From Eledone cirrhosa (Eukaryota), in NCBI GenBank assembly GCA_964016885.1, contig OZ024742.1, positions 271,746,001-271,810,000 of the forward strand: 64,000 nt of DNA. Reading direction: 5' to 3'. Of this stretch, positions 54,330 to 64,000 are shown one piece after another. The first letter of the stretch is position 1, and each line of letters begins with the position of its first letter. The translations under genes were made by a program, and so were the position numbers. The notes below the pieces were generated by a model. The model worked only from the letters and a program-made list of their open reading frames with translations. It had not been told where the DNA came from and did not search any database.

Positions 54330-56825
54330 TACGCATATACACACAAGAAAACAATAAAATAAATATACAATATATTAAAATATACATATAACGTCACATA
54401 GAGATATATAAAAAAGAGAGGAGAAAGGAGAAGGTACGTGTAGGCGTGTAATATAGTACATATGGAGTACATGGGGAGTATAAGATGCACACTTAGGTCT
54501 GTGTACGGAACAAATAATGTGTTCGAAGACGGAACACGTGGAGAGTATGTATTCACGATTGAAAATGTACACATGAATGGGGACGCGTAGCCCGGTCATA
54601 TTGGGATCTGTCACTGTGGTTGAGGTGTGTTGTCCTATAGGTATAAGGTACCTGACTGAACGACGGTGGAATCCGGGTCAATCTGTCTCGGTTCATTCGA
54701 TGTTCCTGCCTACGGTGAAGTGCGGAGTCGGGTATGTATCTTGGGTTATTTTGGTTTATCCCACGGGGCATAAAATGACATCGGGGTATGGTTTCTGATC
54801 CCTTGAACCCGTTTCGTAGCTCTGGTCGGCGCATGCTCTTAGCCTGGGCTTCCCGGATGATTCCATGCGGAGAAGGTGCATCTTCTCTGGTTCCTGCAGG
54901 TGATGATCATTTCTGATTTCAGGTTGACGCGTCATCCTTCAGTCTGACTATTTCCATGGCCTCGTATAGGCATAGGCTACACTTTCTACTTCCAGCCGAG
55001 TATGCATTCGCGTGCCGAACGATACTCCAGTCTATGGCGTACGGGGTGCCTTTGTCTTTCAGATCCCACACCAGGTCCGCTAGCCTAGTGGAGTGTCTCT
55101 TGCTTCGGTCCTGAAGTAGTTGGTGCGGTTATACATCCGCTATTTAAAGGTCGCGGATGTTGCTCCGATGTAGGTGCGCTTTACATTTTGGGTGCTAACC
55201 ACACATTTGTGTACCTGGCTCTTCGTTAGGCATTTTCCCTGTAAGGGCACTGGGCGCCCGCTCTGCAGTTACAAGTTCTGTTGTTTTGTTCGCTTCGGAC
55301 GCCTGGCCTTCGATCTGCTATGGCCCTCTCGCGATTCTCAGGGTGTTGTTCCGCCGGCACGCTGATCTACTCCTCGCCACTCGTACCCACCTGGCGTTGG
55401 ATTGTATCGCCTTCCTCGGCGTGGCGGCCACCTCGGCGGCCAGGTTGTTATTTGAAAGCCGATCCCCCAAAGGTCCTCCATGCTCCGAGAGACGGTTGAC
55501 GGTCGATGTTCCACATCTTCACCGCGTTGGTTTGGGCCATGTAGTCCGCCATGTTAGGTGTTGTGTAGAAGGAAAACTTCACCGTGTGGTGGTTGAAAAT
55601 ATTGTGGTCTTTGTTCGACGGGGGGAAACTCTCGTCTAACGCTTGGAAAAAAGCCCTGGCATGTGGCTTGCTTAGAGTATGGCGCGTTAAACCATGTAAC
55701 GGCCTTAGATCTAGTCTTGTTTTCTCGTGTGTGTGTAGTCGTTAGACTGTGCTCTGGGTCTGATATCCGTCTCGGGTTTTGCCCACCCATAATTACGTCT
55801 CCTATGTTGTCTCTATTTGTGTGCCTGCTGTGGGCGTCAAGGTTGTGCCTATCCCTTATTAAGGTATTCGGTTCTATATTGTCGGTTCTACTGTTAGTCA
55901 GTTTAAAGCTATGTGGTGCTGCTGTCGGGGCTATACCACTACTACCCTGCCGGGTGCTCTCTCTATCGGGTGCCACGACCGTACTTGTCGTTACCCTGTC
56001 CCTAGTCCCAGTTACCGCGATACATGTAGTGTGCGTGCCGAGCACATACCTACGTGTACTTGGTGGTCTAGCTCCCATGCGTTATTTCGTCCGTCCTACT
56101 GTCGGTCCTGTGTCATTAATGTGAAGTCTGTTGCTACTCGTGTTCTTAGAGACTAGTACCAGGACATTACTTCTCCCTATGGAAGTGCCCCCGCTATTGT
56201 TCTATCTGCATGCCTCGGCGCTAGGCCCTTCCCTGTCTGGGGTATACACTATGCTATCTGTGTAACCGGCCCTGCGCAGTGCCTCATTATAATATTCGGT
56301 GTGCTCCTTAACACGTCTGCGTTGGCTGACAGGGTGGATAGGCGTTTTGATACCCCTTTAACTAGTGTTTCTATGACTAACCTGGGGTGGTTCGATTGCC
56401 TGTTCACATATTGCAGGTTCTCATTGGGTTTGTGATAAGGTCGGTGAATGCCCGTATTCATTTCCAGGGTAACGTCTAGAAAATTCACCGTCTTAGTACT
56501 AGCATCTATCGTCACAGATAATCCGTGTTGCTTTAAAAAATACGCCATGCGCTTCCTCATACGCTCCATCTGCCAAGTATTGGCCAGAATTTATGATGAA
56601 GTAGAAAAACAACAGCCAACAGCAGGAAAAGCGAGGAAGATGTTTTTTGAAGCTAAACCATCGGGGATAAAATTTGTTCAGAAATCATTGCAAGTGTCCG
56701 ACGAACCTGCAGTTCTAGAATCAGACAGATCCATATAATGATAGTGTCTCGAGCTGTCTGCCGGCGAAACAATTGTAACACACAATAAATTGAGTCCAGA
56801 TACATCCATTTTTTTCGTTTTATAT
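54330..56825 (-). mobile_element. 5'-truncated Hydra-like PLE, family G, with inverted pLTR (~56575-56825)
   Basis: TVNFLDVTL, YHKPNE..YVNRQSNHP, WFNAPYS, YIGATS, CSLCLYE on the minus strand. Confidence 0.85.
56694..56781 (+). ncRNA. Type I hammerhead, CCGACGA core, ~60-nt stem II
   Basis: gtgt-CCGACGA-acctgcag...ctgccggc-GAAAC AATT GTA-acac. Confidence 0.7.
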
Positions 56826-56903
56826 TATATCACACTCTGCTCTGTAAGACCATAGAGTGCTCAACTGGCATACCGCCTATGGAAGCATCAAAGCTACTTT
56901 TAA

Positions 56904-56966
<63 letters not shown>

Positions 56967-57968
56967 GACAGGGGGGAAGAGAAAATGGCTTCACTTGTGC
57001 TTTCAACAAATTTATTTTCTTCATAAAACCCAAAAATAATTTTTTTCCGGACTAGAAAAAATTTGTTTATTCTTAAAAAAATTTTTTTTTTATAAATTAA
57101 GTTGTTGGTTGTTGGTTAGGTCTTAGGAGTTCTTGGTTAACGTAGGAGGTATTGTTTCGTTTTTAGAAAGACCTTTCACGCTGAGGTGCACTTGTCAAAC
57201 TGATGTGTATGTGGTGCGTTGTTCTATATATAGGGATTTAACACGTCTGTGGTGTGGTGGGTTTTTTTTTTCTCCCCCTTTAATAAGTGTAGGGGTGTAG
57301 GTGTGTTGAAAAAATGTTAATAGCAGTAATGAGTTGAGACAATGAGTAGGGTTGGGTGGGGAGAAATGTAGCAAGTGCGGCCTGCCCCGGTCATTCTCGA
57401 AACATTCATTTATTCAGGGGAAAAAGCTTTTAGTATTCTTTGTATGGAGAATGGTCATAAGCAAACCGCACCTGCCAAGCTTGTAAATAATTATTTTTTT
57501 CTGAAGAATTTGTCTACGTCCATCCCAAAATTAGTCCTTTGTTCAACACACACATATGTGCGTATATACGTACATACACACACGCGCATATGTAGGAATA
57601 TATAGGCACACACCATCAATCACACACCCATGTACATATACATCCACATACATACATAAAAACATATAAAGACACATATAAACACACACATACACATACG
57701 TACACACACGAATATGTACTCATACCTCCACATGGGTATATATATATATACATACATATACATACATATACACACATAAAGATACATAACTAAATATACA
57801 TATATACACATACACACACACATACACACACACACACACACACGTGTACACACACACACACATATACATATGTCCGTATATATACATCCGTTCACACATA
57901 CATGCATACACACACACATATATACACACACATATACATATATATATATAGAGGCATATACATATACA

Positions 57969-58028
<60 letters not shown>

Positions 58029-58317
58029 CAAATAACGAAACGAAATTAAATTTCGTTTCGTTTGTAACTCACATTTGTATGACTGACGCTTAAACAATTA
58101 AGTTAAAAATGTACATCTACATATGCATACTGAAATACTAGTATGCATATGAATACACACACGTATACATATGTAGATGTACCAAGTCTTTCACTGGTTA
58201 CTTTACTGTGAGTAATCCAGCTATTCTGTATGTAAACACACAGACAAACCGGTTTTTAGAGTCATACTGGTTTTCGAGGAAACACCTTTCCTCTATTCTC
58301 CAGAAAGCCAGACAAGG

Positions 58318-58362
58318 AATATTGAACTAGTTTCGTTGTTGTTACAACTCATCAGCAATATT
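58318..58362 (-). ncRNA. Minimal type I hammerhead ribozyme
   Basis: Mirror of 58608-58652. Confidence 0.85.
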
Positions 58363-58607
58363 TACCTATCTACCGGCCTTTCTGGAGTATCGTAAAAGCA
58401 CATATCGTTATATGCTTTTTCTATGAAAATTAGTAGTGGGCAGACTAATTTGCATAGAGTGTGAGTACGTACCGGTTCAATCGTCTCCGTTGAAACGGTA
58501 CGTACTCACACTCTATGCAAATTAGTTTGCCCACTACTAATTTTCATAGAAAAAGCATATAACGATATGTGCTTTTACGATTCTCCAGAAAGGCCGGTAG
58601 ATAGGTA

Positions 58608-58652
58608 AATATTGCTGATGAGTTGTAACAACAACGAAACTAGTTCAATATT
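58608..58652 (+). ncRNA. Minimal type I hammerhead ribozyme
   Basis: aatattg-CTGATGA-gttgt aaca acaac-GAAAC TA GTT-caatatt. Confidence 0.88.
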
Positions 58653-58868
58653 CCTTGTCTGGCTTTCTGGAGAATAGAGGAAAGGTGTTTCCTCGAAAAC
58701 CAGTATGACTCTAAAAACCGGTTTGTCTGTGTGTTTACATACAGAATAGCTGGATTACTCACAGTAAAGTAACCAGTGAAAGACTTGGTACATCTACATA
58801 TGTATACGGGTGTGTATTCATATGCATACTAGTATTTCAGTATGCATATGTAGATGTACATTTTTAAC

Positions 58869-58905
<37 letters not shown>

Positions 58906-58972
58906 AACACATACATACACATACACACATATACACATATATACACACATATATATCTATCTATACATATAT

Positions 58973-59043
<71 letters not shown>

Positions 59044-59094
59044 CACATACACATACAAACACATACATATACACATACATATATACACATACAT

Positions 59095-59172
<78 letters not shown>

Positions 59173-59214
59173 CTATATACATATATATATATATATGCAT
59201 ACATACACATACAT

Positions 59215-59273
<59 letters not shown>

Positions 59274-59296
59274 CAAACACATAAAGACACATATAT

Positions 59297-59333
<37 letters not shown>

Positions 59334-61430
59334 TACATACATACATACATATACACATACAGAGACATACATATATGTACACACATATATACATATATGC
59401 ACATACATACACACACACACATATATAGATACATACATAAACATACACACACATATAAACATATATATATATATCCATATATATATATACAAATATACAC
59501 ATACATACATATACATATACATATATATACACACATACACACACATATATATATATATATATACACACACACATACAAACATACACACATCCATACATAT
59601 ATATACACACACACATACACACACCCACATACATATATACCCACACGTACATACATCCATACATACCTACACACATATATGTGTGTGTCTCACCGTTCAC
59701 TCAGATATTCATGTGTACACATAAGAAGACGGGGGGGGGGGTGAGTGAAATGGAATTTTACCTCCGAGTTTTAATTCATTTTTTCGTGTTCAGTAGTGGT
59801 TTAAATTTTTCAATGAAGAATTCTTCTTTATATCTGCGGAAATGTTCGTTATCCGACCATATCTTGAAGAAAGGGAAGATTGTGAATTTTCCCTTCCCGC
59901 ATGATGCAAAGTGTGCGCTACATGTGGTATTTCTGACTGTGGGGTCTTAATTTGTTGTTTATGTACCCGGACTCTATCATGTAGTCCCGTTCCGGTTTCC
60001 CCAATGTAATACTCTTTACACTGTGGACATGTTGCGCAATATATTAGGTTTTTCGTTTTGCAGTTCATGTTTGCATTGACCTTGAAATTACCATGGTTTT
60101 TGAAGGACGACTGTTTGCCCTCTTCGATGAGTTCATAGGTTCCACATCTAGGGTCCCCGCATTTCGTCACTTGCATTGATTCCATGTTGGTCGTACATTT
60201 TGCCTTGGTAATTAGTTTTTTAAGGTTGGGTGCTTGGCGTCTGCTATAAATTATCTGTGTTTTTTAAGAGTGCATTCATTTTGGTAGATTGCTGTAGAAT
60301 CGGGAGATACTGCTTAGCAGTTTTGACAATGTTGACGTTCCCTGGGTTGTGAGTGATGACAAAAGAGATAGCAGGGTTTTCTTTTTTATGTTGTGGGTTT
60401 GGTTTTCTCTGTGTTGTTATTGGGATGTTCTCAGCCTTGGAGATGGCTGCGTTGATGAGTTTCATCGGGTATTCTTGTTTTTTAAGGATTTTTTTCAGGT
60501 CACATAATCTTTATTCTTGTAGTACGGGGTGTGTTGCTATAGTGCAGATACGCCTTGCCATGTTGAAGGGAATGTTCCTTTTCGTATGTGAGGGGTGTGC
60601 TGACCGGAAATTTAAGTATTGGTGTGTGTCAGTGGGTTTGAAAAATAGGTCCGTTATGATATTTTCCCGTTCTTTAATGATGAGGATATCTAGAAAGGGC
60701 AGTTCTTTTTCATTACATTCCATAGTGAATTGTATAGCTTCATGAAGCCCGTTTAAGATCGAATAACATTGTTGTATGTCTGTTTGGCTTCTGTTCCAGA
60801 AGATGAAGCAGTCATCTAGGTAACGTTTCCAGTTTTTATTAATAGTAGAAGGCGAAGTCGTGACTGAATGTTATCTGGCAGGTGAGGTTTGCCTATGACC
60901 ATTCTCCATACAAAGGAATACTAACAGCTTTTTCCCCTGAATAAATGAATTTTTCGAGAATGACCGGGGCAGGCCGCACTTGCTACATTTCTCCCCACCC
61001 AACGCTACTCACTGTCTCAACTCATTACTGCTATTAACATTTTTTCAACACACCTACACCCCTACACTTATTAAAGGGGGAGAAAAAACCTCCCCACCAC
61101 ACCACAGACATGTTAAATCCCTATATATAGAACAACACACCACATACACATCAGTTTGACAAGCGCACCTCAGAGTGAAAGGTCTTTCTAAAAACGAAAC
61201 AATACCTCCTACGTTAACCAAGAACTACCAAGACCTAACCAACAACCAACAACCAACAACTTAATTTATAAAAAAAATTTTTTTAAGAAAAAACAAATTT
61301 TTTCTAATCCGGAAAAAAATTCTTTTTGGATTTTGTGAAGAAAATAAATTTGTTGAAAGCACAAGTGAAGCCATTTTTTCTTCCCCCCCTGTCTTAATAT
61401 ACCTAACTGTACCAAGGCTTACACACATTT

Positions 61431-61482
<52 letters not shown>

Positions 61483-61585
61483 ATTCAGGACCCCGACGGC
61501 TGTGTTCCGGCTATTTCGACAGCCAGATCAGATCTACTACCCCAAGTATCTAGTACTCTGTTGCGTTATGGTCTACCACACACTA

Positions 61586-61617
<32 letters not shown>

Positions 61618-62972
61618 GGGATAACAAGTTATCATTATTGGTAATCCAGTTAGAGGTTGTGAGTACTCTGCCTCGTGGATAGTTTTAACATACGGATTTG
61701 TTTGACTCAATAGAATGTTTCCATAGTTATGCAGCAAGATCACGGTAATTTCTATGCAGGTTATACTTAGAGTGATAATAGTTAAAGAATGAAGAGTAAC
61801 ATGGTTGACTGTACAATAAGGGCTTTATTTAAAATACTGACAATTGTTTCGTTGATCAGGTGCGTCTAGAGTTTGCTAATCGCTTGAGGTTACGTCAATC
61901 GATCTCCAATACATTGTTTAGCACTGGTCAACACATCAGAGTATGTATGTATGAATATAATTCACTCGAGGCAAGATTTATATAGAAAAACAACGTAAAA
62001 CCAAAACAATAACATCAATAATAACATAGCGCATAATTAAAACAATAACATCAATAAAAAGACATGTATGGTAAATAGATAGATAAGTTACAGATGTAAA
62101 AAGTGACAAGTAATATATAAGATAGGGTACATTAACAAATAATAAGAACATGAGGAAATGGAAAATTTAAAGAAATAAATGAGTGAGAGAGTGCAAGTAG
62201 ATGTTAGTATTTTTTGAGTCAGTGTTCTTATAAGGATTCGTTGGTGCTAACATAAGAAACTAGATTTGAGATGTAGATAAATATGTGTAGAAGGTCCGAT
62301 AATGAAAAGACAATAAATTAGAGATTAATTGATGTATACGTGTATTATATTTATGGGCTAGGGATGACGGTACGTTTGATAAACGCTTGTTGCAAATGTT
62401 TTGCTGTTAGTTCTATCTTAATGGGTTTGCTGGAGAGATTGTGGAAGAAGTGTACATAGATTTATGATCCAGTGACCGGTTGGCAGCTTGATAGCTAATA
62501 GTGGTGCGATGGTGTGTATTCTATATGTTAAAATCTAGGTGGTTCAGTACTAATTTTGGGATTGCTGGTTCAATCATGGGTGTTTGAAGTTCGTAAAATT
62601 TAGTTGATATTTTATGCCTACAGAAAATACATCTTTCTATTTTGCTGTTAAGCAGCATCCTATCGCACCTTAACATATGTAGTAGTTCTAAATTACAAAG
62701 CCCGCAGTGGGACATACCGTTGCTGTAGGCTTTTGATACCGATACTTTCGACCAGCTAATCTAATATTCTAGGTTTTTGTCCTTAAGCTGCCATATTTTA
62801 TTGGCGAGCGTTGATGTGTTGATCAGTGGTAAAAATAAGTATTGGAGATCGATTGACGCAACCTCAAGCGATTAGCGAACCCTAGACGCACCTGATCAAC
62901 GAAACAATTGTCAGTACTTTAAATAAAGCACTTATTGTACAGCAAACCATGTTACGCTTCTTTCTTTAACTA
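61618..62972 (-). mobile_element. Short 5'-truncated Hydra-like PLE, family B, with inverted pLTR (62812-62972)
   Basis: TLANKIWQLKDKN..W..SKAYSNG..CGLCNLE..LLN..CRH at 62521-62811; 62812-62972 inverts ~61779-61938. Confidence 0.85.
61834..61944 (-). ncRNA. Hammerhead with CTGATGT core and 82-nt stem II; truncated mirror copy at 62812-62916
   Basis: atact-CTGATGT-gttgaccagtgc...gcacctgatcaac-GAAAC AATT GTC-agtat. Confidence 0.65.
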
Positions 62973-62982
62973 TATATATATA

Positions 62983-63039
<57 letters not shown>

Positions 63040-63712
63040 TATATAATTCAATGTCGATGAGGAATAGCAATTCACAGAGCTCGTCGTCCTCCACACTAAG
63101 AGCGCGTTAATGGACGACAGGGGTGTATAAACAGAAGAAAACTAATTCACATGCCATTAATTATTGGATTGTTGAGGTAGAGTATAAACAAATCATATTG
63201 AGATAATGAAGTAATATCTGAAACATAAAGCATGGTTTGCCTTGATACAGATCTTGAGAGCTGACTTGAAGTTTCTTTGGAAAAACTATATGAAGTTGCT
63301 ACACATAGGGAATTATATGAGGTTTGGATATGAAGAATTATTCTGCTTAATTTGTTGATTAGTTTTCAATACCACCTGTTAAAAAACGTTTGAAAGTCAA
63401 GATCGTATAGTGATAAATTCTCTATGCCCAAATAAACTGTAGTGGAACACCAATCATTTATGGGTCTTTCTACTGATATTACATTACATCCACTCAAACT
63501 CCATTCAGGCAGCTCCAACCCAATTCTGTTATCTATAAAAATAAACCATATTTTCTATACCACAATTCCCAACAAAACCATAACACTCAATAGTGTGTCG
63601 CCAGACAGGTTGTCCAGCTGATTTCCATGTCCGTCACTGTTCTGAAAAAACATGTAATTACACATTCATCTACATTCGTTCAATGAAAATATAAGTTTGC
63701 CCCTCCCACTGA

Positions 63713-63781
<69 letters not shown>

Positions 63782-64000
63782 ATATGGGTGAGAAGAATAC
63801 TGCTGGTTGCACATGGATAACATGTTATAAAATAAGTCCCTCATCAGTGATTTACCAAACGATCATGGGTATTTCATCGCATTAAAAATCATATACCCCA
63901 GGTTGGAGCGATAAAAACTAAAATAAGTTATTAGGACAATAGAAACGCGTAAAGCGAGTGAGACAAGTAAACAACACAGGGGGAAGCTAACCGAAGATGT

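Larger units (their letters stand above)
58096..58874. repeat. Near-perfect palindrome, 385-bp arms with a 9-bp spacer, family C-related
   Basis: 58096-58480 is the reverse complement of 58490-58874 with about four mismatches. Confidence 0.95.
56961..61430 (-). mobile_element. 5'-truncated Neptune-like PLE with inverted pLTR (56961-57477 vs 60876-61399), 3' region split by other repeats
   Basis: RYLDDCFIFW (~60800), LPFLDILI, KPTDTHQYL, CGDPRCGT, LIYCATCPQCKEYYIGETG..RVRVH at 59790-60860. Confidence 0.88.

Noticed and set aside
60932-60969. cccCTGAATA...GAGA...gggg in the inverted pLTR
   Set aside because: Both core boxes deviate and no NUH stem III is evident

Overview
Eukaryotic, AT-rich, gene-free repeat region; an octopod-type tRNA-derived SINE and (TA)n/(CA)n expansions suggest a cephalopod (inference). 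No host gene is supported, and nearly all ORF-track entries (YIYI/THTH/CVCV) are microsatellite artefacts. The window is a nest of mobile elements between (TA)n tracts: about ten Penelope-like retroelement (PLE) copies or fragments, mostly with a YRDD-type RT and a Cys-rich C-terminal GIY-YIG-like nuclease (Hydra-clade-like), plus Neptune-like and Poseidon-like copies, an L2/CR1-group LINE, an RTE LINE, an R4/Dong-like fragment, two non-autonomous Helitrons, a deleted mariner and SINEs. One PLE (13360-18014) is almost intact, with 455-bp pseudo-LTRs differing at one base. The main hidden layer is about 28 type I hammerhead ribozyme motifs (whole or partial) from roughly 12 repeat families, found by eye on both strands. 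They include recurrent non-canonical cores (CCGANGA, U3-A8 UUGAAAA, CUGAUGU), very long stem II inserts, a non-coding retrozyme-like 422-bp tandem unit, and inversion junctions that repeatedly fall at the ribozyme 5' edge. Folds were assigned manually, not computed, and boundaries of decayed elements are approximate.
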